From: an uncultured Mycoplasmatota bacterium
GTDB lineage: Bacteria; Bacillota_I; Bacilli_A; RF39; UBA660
Reading direction: 5' to 3'
Assembly (NCBI GenBank): GCA_947571135.1
Contig: CANOWY010000002.1
Coordinates: forward strand, 5,569 to 69,568
DNA length: 64,000 bases
The notes under the pieces were generated by a model. That model worked only from the letters and a program-made list of their open reading frames with translations. It searched no databases and had not been told where the DNA came from. Shown piece by piece: positions 1 to 9,152 of the stretch (position 1 is its first letter; every line of letters starts with the position of its first letter). The translations under genes were made by a program, and so were the position numbers.

Positions 1-605
1 TTTTCGATTGGTAAATAGAATTCTTCTTGGTTTATTATTTTTCCATTTAATATAGTAAGTGCATTTTTTAATAAATCTATTTCTTTTTCTATATTTGCTT
101 TTAAAGGAAGAAAGTGTCCTTTTATTTTAAGTGCAGGAATTGAAATTTCTGCTAATATACGTAATTCTGCTACTGCACGAGAAGTTACAATATCAAATTT
201 TTCTTTGTGATTTTTAACATAATCTTCAGCACGTTCATAAATAATTTCTACATTCGTTAATTTTAATTTTTCTTTTAATAAGTTTAAAAACGTAATTTTT
301 TTATTATTGGAATCAAGTAGGGTAAAATGACTTTCTTTATTAATAATAGCCAAGACCATTCCCGGAAAACCTGCACCTGTTCCTATATCTAAAACTTTTA
401 GACCATTTTTTATATATTTATTTATAGTAAGTGAATCGTAAAAATGTTTTAAATAAATGTTTTCTTCGTCTGTTATGGCTGTAAGATTTGTATGAGTATT
501 GTATTCTATCAAAAAATCTTTATAAATTTCTAATTGGTTCATTTGTTCTTCTGTGAGTGTAATATTAATTTTTTCTAACTCACTTATCAATTGTTCTTTA
601 TTCAT
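1..605 (-). CDS. rsmG: 16S rRNA (guanine527-N7)-methyltransferase RsmG/GidB. It starts at ATG 603-605 and its 3' end runs off the window.
   Basis: Manual minus-strand translation gives MNKEQLISELEKINITLTEEQMNQLEIYKDF...VLDIGTGAGFPGMVLAI, with a SAM-binding GxGxG motif. It lies directly downstream of mnmG in the conserved operon and overlaps the mnmG stop by 8 nt. Confidence 0.85.
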   Translation of the reverse strand, partial: MNKEQLISELEKINITLTEEQMNQLEIYKDFLIEYNTHTNLTAITDEENIYLKHFYDSLTINKYIKNGLKVLDIGTGAGFPGMVLAIINKESHFTLLDSNNKKITFLNLLKEKLKLTNVEIIYERAEDYVKNHKEKFDIVTSRAVAELRILAEISIPALKIKGHFLPLKANIEKEIDLLKNALTILNGKIINQEEFYLPIE

Positions 606-2463
606 TTTTTCCATATTCCTTCTTTAAATAAATAGCAAGAATTGAGATATCCGCTGGATTAACTCCGCTGATTCTTGAGGCTTGCCCAATAGATAGAGGT
701 CGAATCATTTCTAATTTCTGTCTTGCTTCACTTGCTAAGTTTTTTACTTTACTGTAGTCAATATCTTTTGGAATTTGTTTTTCTTCTAGTTTTAGCATTC
801 TTTCTATTTCTTTTTCAGTCTTTTTAATGTATCCTTCGTATTTGATGTCAATACTGACAATTTCTTTTACCTCTAATGAAAAAGGAATAGGGATAAACTT
901 ATTTAAAAAATCTAGTGTTATTTCTGGTCTTTTTAATAATTCTAATAAGGAAGTTTTATTAAGTGGCAAAGAAAAGTTATTTTCTTCAAAAGAAGTTCGT
1001 ACTTCTTCTATTACTTCTAGTTTTGTATTTTTTAAGAAGTTTTTTAATTCTTCTATTTCTTTTAAATGATTCGTATAGTTTTTATACATTTCTTCAGTAA
1101 TTGTTCCTAATTGATGACCATATTCACGAAGACGAATGTCGGCGTTATCATGTCGAAGAAGAAGCCTATATTCTGCACGAGAAGTTAACATACGATAAGG
1201 TTCTTTTGTTCCTTTTGTGACTAAATCATCAATTAGTACTCCTATGTAGGATTCGTTTCTTTTTAAGATAAACGGTTCTTTATTTTCTAATTTTAGTACA
1301 GCGTTGATTCCTGCGATTAAGCCTTGGCCTGCGGCTTCTTCGTATCCACTTGTACCATTGATTTGTCCAGCCGTAAATAGATTTTCTATTACTTTTGTTT
1401 CTAATGAAGGTTTTAATTGTAATGGGTCTATTGCATCGTATTCAATTGCATAGGCATATTTCGTAATGATAGCATTTTCAAGTCCTTTCAAACTATGCAC
1501 CATTTTCTCTTGTACATCTTCTGGCATAGAGGTAGAAAATCCCCCGATATACCACTCATCATAATACATGCTTTCTGGTTCTAAGAAAAGTTGATGCCTT
1601 TCCTTATCTTTAAAACGTACTATTTTATCTTCAATTGAAGGACAGTATCTTGGACCTATGCCTGTAACATATCCACCATACATACTAGATTTGTCTAAGT
1701 TGTCCATTATAATTTTGTGTGTATTTTCATTTGTATAGATAAGATAGCATTTTTGTTGTTCTTCCATTTTGTATTTTGGTTTCTCATCATGGGAAAAGGT
1801 ATAGTAAATATTGGCTCCATATTCAGGGGAACATACAGAAAAATCAATGGAGTCTGCTTTAATTCTAGGAGGTGTTCCAGTTTTTAATCTTTGAATTGTA
1901 AAGCCTAGTTTTTTTAAATTATCACTTAAGAAGTTACTTCTTGCTTCTCCATGTGGACCACTTTCGGTACTTGATGCACCTCTTAATATATTGCTTTTTA
2001 AATAAGTTCCTGTTGTTAAAATTAGAATATCACATAAAATTTCTTCGTTATTTGAAGTTAGGATTCCTTTGATTTTGCTATTTTCTACTAAAATATCTTC
2101 TACGGTTGCTTCCATAATCTTTAAATTATCTGTATTTTCTAAACGTTTTAACATATTTTTAGGATATGTTGTTTTGTCGGCTTGGCAACGCAAGGAACGA
2201 ACAGCAGGGCCTTTTTTGCTATTTAACATTTTAATTTGAAAATGGGATTCATCTGCAACACAACCCATTAATCCCCCTAAAGCATCAATGTCACGGACAA
2301 TGACCCCTTTTGCTGTTCCTCCAATAGAAGGATTACAAGGCATATCGGCGATATTGTTTTTATTCATTGTAATTAATAATGTTTTTTTTTCCATAAAGGC
2401 TGTAATATGGGCTGCTTCACAACCAGCATGTCCACCACCTACAACTATACATTCGTATTTCAT
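598..2463 (-). CDS. mnmG: tRNA uridine-5-carboxymethylaminomethyl modification enzyme MnmG (GidA)
   Basis: 621 aa with an N-terminal FAD dinucleotide fold (VVGGGHAGCEAA). Length and position are typical of GidA. Confidence 0.95.
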   Translation of the reverse strand: MKYECIVVGGGHAGCEAAHITAFMEKKTLLITMNKNNIADMPCNPSIGGTAKGVIVRDIDALGGLMGCVADESHFQIKMLNSKKGPAVRSLRCQADKTTYPKNMLKRLENTDNLKIMEATVEDILVENSKIKGILTSNNEEILCDILILTTGTYLKSNILRGASSTESGPHGEARSNFLSDNLKKLGFTIQRLKTGTPPRIKADSIDFSVCSPEYGANIYYTFSHDEKPKYKMEEQQKCYLIYTNENTHKIIMDNLDKSSMYGGYVTGIGPRYCPSIEDKIVRFKDKERHQLFLEPESMYYDEWYIGGFSTSMPEDVQEKMVHSLKGLENAIITKYAYAIEYDAIDPLQLKPSLETKVIENLFTAGQINGTSGYEEAAGQGLIAGINAVLKLENKEPFILKRNESYIGVLIDDLVTKGTKEPYRMLTSRAEYRLLLRHDNADIRLREYGHQLGTITEEMYKNYTNHLKEIEELKNFLKNTKLEVIEEVRTSFEENNFSLPLNKTSLLELLKRPEITLDFLNKFIPIPFSLEVKEIVSIDIKYEGYIKKTEKEIERMLKLEEKQIPKDIDYSKVKNLASEARQKLEMIRPLSIGQASRISGVNPADISILAIYLKKEYGKNE

Positions 2464-2614
2464 TTTTAACCTCCTTATATTTTTTCTTATTAAATCGTTT
2501 ATCTTTTAAATTCTTCTATTTCATCATCATTACAAGTTGGAAATGACATTTTATTCAATAATAAATTCATATCTTTTTCTATTTCTTTTTCAGTTCGTTT
2601 ATCAATTTTTATTT

Positions 2615-3118
2615 CTAGCATATCTTCAAAATTATTTCTAAAAAAAACTTAGCAATCTCTTTTACTATTATTCCAGAAGATTTAATTTTGTCCACTAATT
2701 CTATGTATTTTGCAAATTCTTCCTCTTCATTTTCTCTTTCATTTCCTTCCATAGGATTCATAGAAATATCGACTATATATTGAGGTAAAAGTTCTTCTAA
2801 AGGTATTGCATATTCTGGAATTGGTAATGCTTTTCCTTTGAACATATAAAACCCAAATCCTATATATTTTTCTAGAATTTCTTCTGGGATATTGGCTATC
2901 ATGTATAAAATATAGTTATCATTTTTTCTTTCATAACTACCATCTTTTCCTAACTGAAAATAATATCTAGCAAACTCATCATATCGAAAAAAATGAAAGT
3001 ACTCTTTATCTTCTTGATATTTATGGGTATTTATTCTATTATTATTTATTTTTTCATTTTTGGCATTGGTGTATTTATTAATTACTTCTTGTAGTTTGAT
3101 ACAACGATATACTCGCAT
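2615..3118 (-). CDS. Hypothetical protein (167 aa) between mnmG and mnmE
   Basis: An ORF on the operon strand with an acidic C-terminal half and no recognised motif. mnmE and mnmG are normally adjacent. Confidence 0.4.
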   Translation of the reverse strand: MRVYRCIKLQEVINKYTNAKNEKINNNRINTHKYQEDKEYFHFFRYDEFARYYFQLGKDGSYERKNDNYILYMIANIPEEILEKYIGFGFYMFKGKALPIPEYAIPLEELLPQYIVDISMNPMEGNERENEEEEFAKYIELVDKIKSSGIIVKEIAKFFLEIILKIC

Positions 3119-3136
3119 TTAAACCCTCCACTTTTT

Positions 3137-4495
3137 TTATTTTCCTAAACAAAAATTTTTAAACAATTTATCTATTAGTTCATCTTCATAGGTCTCACCA
3201 ATTAGAATACCTAATTTATCAAAAGCATTTCTTAAATGAATTTCTAGCATATCTACTGGAATATTATTTTCGATATCTTCTAGGACTTGTTTTATACTAT
3301 CTAAAGATTCTGTAACTAGAGTAATTTGTCTTACATTAGACAGGTACGTTAAATCTTTTTCTTCTATTTTATCTAACTTATACATTTCTATGATTTTTTG
3401 TTTTAGTTCTTCTAAGCCATTTAAAGTTTTGGTGTTTCCTTTTATTATATTTAAATTATCTGGCAGTTTTATTTTTTGCTTTAAATCTGTTTTGTTAAGG
3501 AAAATTAAATTTGGTTTCTTTTTTATTTGTTCTAAAAGTTCTAAATCATTGTTTGTTAATTCTTCATTGCTATTTAATACGAGGATAATTAAGTCAGATT
3601 CTTCAATAACCTGTTTACTTTTTTCTACACCAATTTTCTCCACAATATCTTCTGTTTCTCTTATTCCAGCAGTATCAATTAAGTTGATTTCAATTCCATT
3701 TAATGTCATCTTGGCTTCAATAATATCTCTTGTTGTTCCAGAAATGTCAGTAACGATTGCTTTTTCCTCATTTAATAAGGAATTTAATATACTACTTTTT
3801 CCAACATTTGGTCTTCCAACCAACGCAATATCAATTCCTGATTTAATCATTTGTCCTACCTTAGAATTTGAAAGTAATAGTTCTAAGTCTTTTTTTATAA
3901 TAGATACTTTTTCTTTTAAAAATTCGTGTGTAACATCAATAGCGTCATCGTATTCAGGATAATCGATATTTACTTCAATGTTGGCAATGATGTCTAATAT
4001 ATGATCTCGTACGTTTCTTACTAATTTTGTTAGTCTACCATTTACACCATTTAAAGCCATTTTTCTTTGGGTTTCACTTTTGGATTCTATAAGATCACTT
4101 ACACTTTCGGCTTCAAGTAAACTAATACGGCCATTTAAAAATGCCCTTTTTGTAAATTCTCCAGGTTCTGCAAGACGTGCTCCGCTACTTATTAACAATT
4201 CTAAAATACGATTTGTAGTTGCAATACCTCCATGGCAGTTAATTTCTACAATATCTTCTGTTGTAAATGTTTTTGGAGATAACATGACCATTACTAAAAC
4301 TTCGTCGATTTCTTCGTTTCCATCCACAATATATCCATAATGTATCGTATGAGAATCTACTTTGGTTAAATCTTTTCCTTTAAATATACTGTTTACTAAA
4401 TATAATGCTTCTTTTCCACTTACTCTTATAATAGAAATTGCTCCTTTACCTAGAGAAGTTGATATTGCTACAATTGTATCTTCCATAAATACCAT
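3137..4495 (-). CDS. mnmE: tRNA modification GTPase MnmE (TrmE)
   Basis: 452 aa with a G-domain carrying GRPNVGKSS (G1), DTAG and NKTD, and the C-terminal CxGK tail (CLGK). Confidence 0.93.
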   Translation of the reverse strand: MVFMEDTIVAISTSLGKGAISIIRVSGKEALYLVNSIFKGKDLTKVDSHTIHYGYIVDGNEEIDEVLVMVMLSPKTFTTEDIVEINCHGGIATTNRILELLISSGARLAEPGEFTKRAFLNGRISLLEAESVSDLIESKSETQRKMALNGVNGRLTKLVRNVRDHILDIIANIEVNIDYPEYDDAIDVTHEFLKEKVSIIKKDLELLLSNSKVGQMIKSGIDIALVGRPNVGKSSILNSLLNEEKAIVTDISGTTRDIIEAKMTLNGIEINLIDTAGIRETEDIVEKIGVEKSKQVIEESDLIILVLNSNEELTNNDLELLEQIKKKPNLIFLNKTDLKQKIKLPDNLNIIKGNTKTLNGLEELKQKIIEMYKLDKIEEKDLTYLSNVRQITLVTESLDSIKQVLEDIENNIPVDMLEIHLRNAFDKLGILIGETYEDELIDKLFKNFCLGK

Positions 4496-4566
4496 TCCAA
4501 TCGACTTGTATTATAGCATAATTTCCTAAATTCTTGTATAGAATTAGTCTTTATTTCTTTTATAGG

Positions 4567-5448
4567 TTATTTTAAATACATTCCTAAATATCGTCTTTGA
4601 CTTTCTTCTTTAGTTTTATAATAGTTATAAACTTCTTCAAAGGCTGCACAATTTTGATTAAACTTATAAAATTTGCATATCTCTTCCCAAGTTGTACTCA
4701 TCTTTGTTTCTAATAATGAAGATAAAAAGTTTTCAAAATAAGGATATTGTTTTATTAAAATTTGGATATTTCTATCTGTAATTCTTAAAATAACACCTTG
4801 TAAATCTAAACCACTTTTTTCCTCTACTTTTGGAATACAATTAGAAAAATCATAAAGAGGTGCTAAATCAATATATTTTGTTATCGGGTTTTTTTCAAAT
4901 TGTAGATTGGCACTATTTCTATCTTTTTGTAACATATAAATATCTAATGCTAACATTTCTAAAATATGTTCTGTTAAAATTTCTCTGTTTTCATCACTAA
5001 CACATAATAATTTTAAGTTTTCAATATTCTCTACACAAAATGGTGCATAACTTAGATGAGTATATTTCTCATAAATGTCATAATAATGTTTGCCAAAGTA
5101 ATAAAGAAATCTTTCTTGTTTAAAATTTTTAGAAGCCAGTCCTATTTTTTTGTTTTTGATTTTTGCTATAAAATAAGAAACTACTTTCATATTGTTTTTC
5201 TGTGCTAAAAAACTTCCCATTAATTCGTCAAGCAAATAAAATGGATAGCCAAAGTTTTCCTCTTCTTCTTTAAAATAATACCAACTATTATTCATGAAAT
5301 ACATCATCTTCATATAGTCGTCTTGTTTTTCTAAATCCCCATTATTTGTGAGTAAAATTTCTTTTTTTTCTTCTTTTGAAACAGAATAATCATTTGAAAG
5401 TTTTATTGTAGGAGTATTTTCTGTAATTAAATTTTTTAAATATAACAT
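4567..5448 (-). CDS. Hypothetical protein with protein-kinase-like (HipA/APH-type) catalytic motifs
   Basis: 293 aa. It carries ...LQKDRNSAN... (DxxxxN) followed 18 residues later by YIDLAPLYDF, which resembles the catalytic-loop and Mg-binding LAPxYD motifs of HipA_C and APH-fold kinases. It is paralogous to the 47609-48679 protein. Confidence 0.45.
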   Translation of the reverse strand: MLYLKNLITENTPTIKLSNDYSVSKEEKKEILLTNNGDLEKQDDYMKMMYFMNNSWYYFKEEEENFGYPFYLLDELMGSFLAQKNNMKVVSYFIAKIKNKKIGLASKNFKQERFLYYFGKHYYDIYEKYTHLSYAPFCVENIENLKLLCVSDENREILTEHILEMLALDIYMLQKDRNSANLQFEKNPITKYIDLAPLYDFSNCIPKVEEKSGLDLQGVILRITDRNIQILIKQYPYFENFLSSLLETKMSTTWEEICKFYKFNQNCAAFEEVYNYYKTKEESQRRYLGMYLK

Positions 5449-5581
5449 AATAGTCCTTCCCCTTTGATTTTATCTATTATATATTATCTTTTTAAATTTT
5501 CAAGAAAAAATGAAAAAAACAAAAATTGGAAAATAAATTTTTTTATGGTATACTGAAAATATAATGAAGGAGGGTTTTAGT

Positions 5582-6565
5582 TTGAAATACATAAGACCGT
5601 ATAAAATAATACATTGTGAAGAATTTTTAAGGGAACCAGCGCAAGATACATTTAAAGAAATAGAAAAATTAGAAGTTTCTAAAATTATTTTGAGAGGAAA
5701 AGGAACAGGAAGAAGTACACTTTTAAATTATATGCAAGAAAAGAAAGCAAATACAGAACAACCATTTATGCTTTTAAATTTTAATAGGGATAATTTACCT
5801 TCAGATACAAAAAATTTTTTAGCAAAAGAATTTTTTGAACATTATTGGGAGATACATTTTACCAGAGAAATCCTTTGGTATATTAAAAAATATCATGAAT
5901 TAACTTATCAAAGCAAATTCTCACAATATGGTGAGGCTATACAGAATTGTTGCCAAGAAATAGTTGATTTACTAAATAGTTTAGTTTTTACAGATAGTTA
6001 TTGCTTACCAAAATTATATACTTCTAAAGAAATTAGTGGAGAAATATTAGATAAATTTAAAAAACTAATGCATATTGAATCAATAGAACTTGGTAGTAAT
6101 CGTTTTGATAGTATTAATAATAGTGATGAATTAGCACAAAAGATTTTATATTCTTATTTTGATTTATTTGATAAAACTATTATTGAAGTAGATGATGAAA
6201 GTTTACCTGAATATTGGTATAAAACTTATTTTAATGAAAATAGTGAACTCATTACTTTCACTCCATATTCTATCGAGTATAATAAAAATTTAGAAATTGT
6301 TTATGCTATTATAAAAAAGAGAATTATGGGATATAATGCAACAATACCATTGGATTGGTTAAATTATGACACTTTAAATTTATTAGTAACTTGTACAAAT
6401 GGAAATATAAAAATAATTTTAGATATTGTAAATGAAATAATTTTAATATGGGAAATAAATGACAGAATTAGACGAGAAGATATTAAAGATACAATTCATG
6501 AAGTTTTATTAAATAATAGAAGTAGAAAACTTATGCGTAGTAAACAACCAAAATTATATTTATAA
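5582..6565 (+). CDS. Hypothetical protein with a deviant P-loop (ILRGKGTGRSTLL). It is transcribed divergently from the kinase-like gene.
   Basis: The AAGGAGG RBS at 5567-5573 lies inside the ORF-track ATG codon, so the TTG at 5582 is the more likely start. The Walker-A-like GKGTGRST has Arg in place of the Lys, and no other motif was recognised. Confidence 0.4.
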   Translation: MKYIRPYKIIHCEEFLREPAQDTFKEIEKLEVSKIILRGKGTGRSTLLNYMQEKKANTEQPFMLLNFNRDNLPSDTKNFLAKEFFEHYWEIHFTREILWYIKKYHELTYQSKFSQYGEAIQNCCQEIVDLLNSLVFTDSYCLPKLYTSKEISGEILDKFKKLMHIESIELGSNRFDSINNSDELAQKILYSYFDLFDKTIIEVDDESLPEYWYKTYFNENSELITFTPYSIEYNKNLEIVYAIIKKRIMGYNATIPLDWLNYDTLNLLVTCTNGNIKIILDIVNEIILIWEINDRIRREDIKDTIHEVLLNNRSRKLMRSKQPKLYL

Positions 6566-6592
6566 TAAACTATTTAAAAACCCGCAGTTTTA

Positions 6593-7204
6593 TTAGTCTG
6601 TGGGTTTTATAATGACATGACGATTTGGCTCTTCGCCTTCACTAGTAGTTTCTACACCTTTAAAATCTGTTAATATGTTATGTACAATTCTTCTTTCAAA
6701 GGAATTCATATTCTCTAAAGTGGCTTCTACTTTAGTACTTCGAACTTCTCTAGCAATTTTCTTAGCCATGTATTCTAAGTTTTTTATTCTTTTTTCTTTG
6801 TAATTTTCTACATCTAAGGAAATAGTAATGTGAACACCATAAGTATTTAATACTTTTTGCTTTACTAATGTTTCTAAGGCTTTTAGTGTTTTTCCATCTT
6901 TTCCAATTAGGATAGCATTATTATCAGCATACATAGCAACATTTATTTTTCTATCTCGAATGGAACTTTCAAATTGAACTTCTAATCCTAAATTAATAAT
7001 GATTGCTTTTAGGTATTCTTTTATCTGTTCTACTAAATCTGTAAGAGTGATTGCTTTTATCTTATAATTGGATGATTTAAATAACTTGCCTGTTATTTCT
7101 TCTTCAACATGATAAATTATTTCACTTTCACTGGCATTTAATTTTTCTGTTGCTAATTTTATGGCCTCTTCTTTTGTTTTTGCTTCTAATTCTACTTCAA
7201 ACAT
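6593..7204 (-). CDS. jag: Jag/KhpB RNA-binding protein (Jag_N, KH and R3H domains)
   Basis: 203 aa, conserved directly downstream of yidC. It shows KH-like GKDGKTLKALE and an R3H region. Confidence 0.85.
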   Translation of the reverse strand: MFEVELEAKTKEEAIKLATEKLNASESEIIYHVEEEITGKLFKSSNYKIKAITLTDLVEQIKEYLKAIIINLGLEVQFESSIRDRKINVAMYADNNAILIGKDGKTLKALETLVKQKVLNTYGVHITISLDVENYKEKRIKNLEYMAKKIAREVRSTKVEATLENMNSFERRIVHNILTDFKGVETTSEGEEPNRHVIIKPTD

Positions 7205-7206
7205 TT

Positions 7207-8163
7207 CTAATTTCCTCTTTTCTTATTTCCCTCATTTATCTTTTTAAAAATAAAGTTTTGTATGACAACAAATCCATTCGTTACAATCCAATATAATGCA
7301 ATCGCAGTTGGTAGACTAAATGATGCAACGGAAATCATAATAATCATAAACTTTAAGGTAAGTTGCATTTGGCGTTCCATTTCATTGGTTGTTTTCTGGT
7401 TATGCATAGCATTTTTGAATGAAAAATAAGTGGATAAGATAATTAACACAATTAATAGAATATAAATATATTTTCCTTGCCCAATCCCAACCCAAGGGGT
7501 CATTCCAAGTTTCATTCCAAATAGACTATCTTCAAAAATTGCGGGCACACGATTGATGGCCTGTAAGAATGCAAAGAATAAAGGCAATTGAATAAAGGCA
7601 AGCAAACAGCCTGATACTGGATTAATTTTATATTTTTTGTATACGAGCATTGTTTCTTGACTTTTCATCATCATAGAATCACTATCGGTACGATTTTTAT
7701 ATTTCTTCTCAATTTTTTGTATTTCTGGTTGGGCTTTTTTCATATTTTCAGATTGTTCCATAGTTTTTTTAGAAAAAGGAAGTAAGATTAAACGAATTCC
7801 TAACCCAATTAACATTACAGATACTCCAAAGTTTTTAATAGCAAGTCCTAATTTCAATATTAACCATGCAAGTGGTTTCACAAATATTGATTCCCACAAA
7901 CTATGATACTTTATATCATTTGGTTTAAAACTGGCACACGTTGGCAAATCTTCTAATTTTGTTTTTAATTGGTCATTGTATTTTTCATACAGTTCATATA
8001 ATTCTTTTTCTTCTGGTTTACACAAAATATTATTTTGAAGACTTTGGCCTGTACTTTCATACGTTACTATACTTTTATCTTCTTTCAAATAGGTTTTATT
8101 TCCACAACCTGTTGTTAATAACAATACTGCAATTAGCAATACGAGTATTTTTTTTGTTTTCAT
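7207..8163 (-). CDS. yidC: Membrane protein insertase YidC/SpoIIIJ (lipoprotein form)
   Basis: 318 aa with a lipobox (LLTTGCG) and multi-TM YidC/Oxa1 core. It sits in the rnpA-yidC-jag synteny. Confidence 0.9.
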   Translation of the reverse strand: MKTKKILVLLIAVLLLTTGCGNKTYLKEDKSIVTYESTGQSLQNNILCKPEEKELYELYEKYNDQLKTKLEDLPTCASFKPNDIKYHSLWESIFVKPLAWLILKLGLAIKNFGVSVMLIGLGIRLILLPFSKKTMEQSENMKKAQPEIQKIEKKYKNRTDSDSMMMKSQETMLVYKKYKINPVSGCLLAFIQLPLFFAFLQAINRVPAIFEDSLFGMKLGMTPWVGIGQGKYIYILLIVLIILSTYFSFKNAMHNQKTTNEMERQMQLTLKFMIIMISVASFSLPTAIALYWIVTNGFVVIQNFIFKKINEGNKKRGN

Positions 8164-8486
8164 TTTATCTCCTTTATTAAATTTTCCAAATCACTTTTCT
8201 TTTGGAAAAATGATAATTCTACACAACTTTTCTTTATCATTATAATATAATCATGATTATTTGGAAAGTTTTCTTTTAGTTCATCTAGGATAGCACGTAA
8301 TTGTCTCTTTATCTTATTCCTTACTACGGCATTTCCAAGTTTTTTGGATACAGCAAGACCAAAGTGTCTTTTTCCTGTTTCTGTTTTCCTTATATATATA
8401 ACAAAACTTTGGTTTTTTATAAAAGGGGAATGTTTTATGATGTTATTGAAATCTATTTTAGATTTTACTACTTCATATTTTTTCAT
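8160..8486 (-). CDS. rnpA: RNase P protein component
   Basis: 108 aa and basic, with the RNR-like motif ...KLGNAVVRNKIKRQLR. It lies between rpmH and yidC. Confidence 0.9.
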   Translation of the reverse strand: MKKYEVVKSKIDFNNIIKHSPFIKNQSFVIYIRKTETGKRHFGLAVSKKLGNAVVRNKIKRQLRAILDELKENFPNNHDYIIMIKKSCVELSFFQKKSDLENLIKEIK

Positions 8487-8534
8487 AATATCCCTTCTTT
8501 CTGTAATATAGCAAAAAAACCACAGAAATGTGGT

Positions 8535-8663
8535 TTATTTCGTAATTAGGTTTTTACGGCCTTTTTTTCTTCTATTTTTTAAAATTTTCGTTTCTTTACG
8601 TGCAAAAAAACCATGTTTCTTTGCTTTTTTTCTTTTATTTGGTTGATAAGTACCTATTTTCAT
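8535..8663 (-). CDS. rpmH: 50S ribosomal protein L34
   Basis: Manual translation gives MKIGTYQPNKRKKAKKHGFFARKETKILKNRRKKGRKNLITK. It is not in the ORF track because it is shorter than the ORF-track length cutoff. Confidence 0.9.
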   Translation of the reverse strand: MKIGTYQPNKRKKAKKHGFFARKETKILKNRRKKGRKNLITK

Positions 8664-8885
8664 AAACGTTCCTCCTTAAATCTAAAGTCATTTTATTATA
8701 ATATTAGGCGAATCAAAATGTCAAGGAATAGATGATTCATTTTATGTTTTTATAAGGGAAAATATTTCTTTTTTATTTCGAGGCCCTTTTTTATTTTTAA
8801 GATTAAAATGTGAAGAAGTTTTTTTCTCATTCTAAATTATCAATAAGTATTAAAAATAGTTATTATAAAATAAATGTGCAAAATG

Positions 8886-9063
8886 TGTGCATAATCTTTT
8901 CTTTTAAATATTTGGGAAATATTGATTATAAACATTAATAACTTTATGTGGATAAATTTTATACACGATGTGAATAAAAAAATTAAAAATTTGTGGATAA
9001 TGTTGATAAATCTTAAAAAGTTAGTTATTATAATGGCGAATTGTGTGGATAACTTGTGCATAA
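8886..9063. promoter_or_regulatory. oriC DnaA-box cluster upstream of dnaA
   Basis: Perfect TGTGGATAA boxes (reverse complement of TTATCCACA) at 8947-8955, 8992-9000 and 9044-9052. One-mismatch boxes at 8886-8894, 8969-8977 and 9055-9063. All are in the same orientation within an AT-rich stretch. Confidence 0.8.
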
Positions 9064-9152
9064 CTATGTACATTTGCTTTTTCACTTTTCAATATTCAAT
9101 TAATGAGATACAATGAACTTACTTAGGGTAGCAGATAGCGGGGTGATGGAAT

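Noticed and set aside
827-1069. Short antisense or overlapping ORFs inside confirmed genes. Examples are 827-1069, 2288-2509, 3390-3962, 4080-4340, 14537-14764, 15134-15379, 16613-16909, 19219-19632, 20073-20390, 20884-21228, 26806-27105 and 39415-39660.
   Set aside because: Each lies wholly within a well-supported conserved gene on the other strand or frame. Their low-complexity S/F/I/L-rich translations are typical of AT-rich antisense frames.
5564-5581. ATG at 5564 as the start of the P-loop-like protein
   Set aside because: AAGGAGG at 5567-5573 lies inside it and is better explained as the RBS for the TTG start at 5582.
8840-9116. ORFs 8840-9085 (minus) and 8922-9116 (plus) in the rpmH-dnaA intergenic region
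   Set aside because: They overlap the DnaA-box cluster of oriC. Their I/N/K/F-rich translations come from AT-rich non-coding DNA, and no RBS is present.
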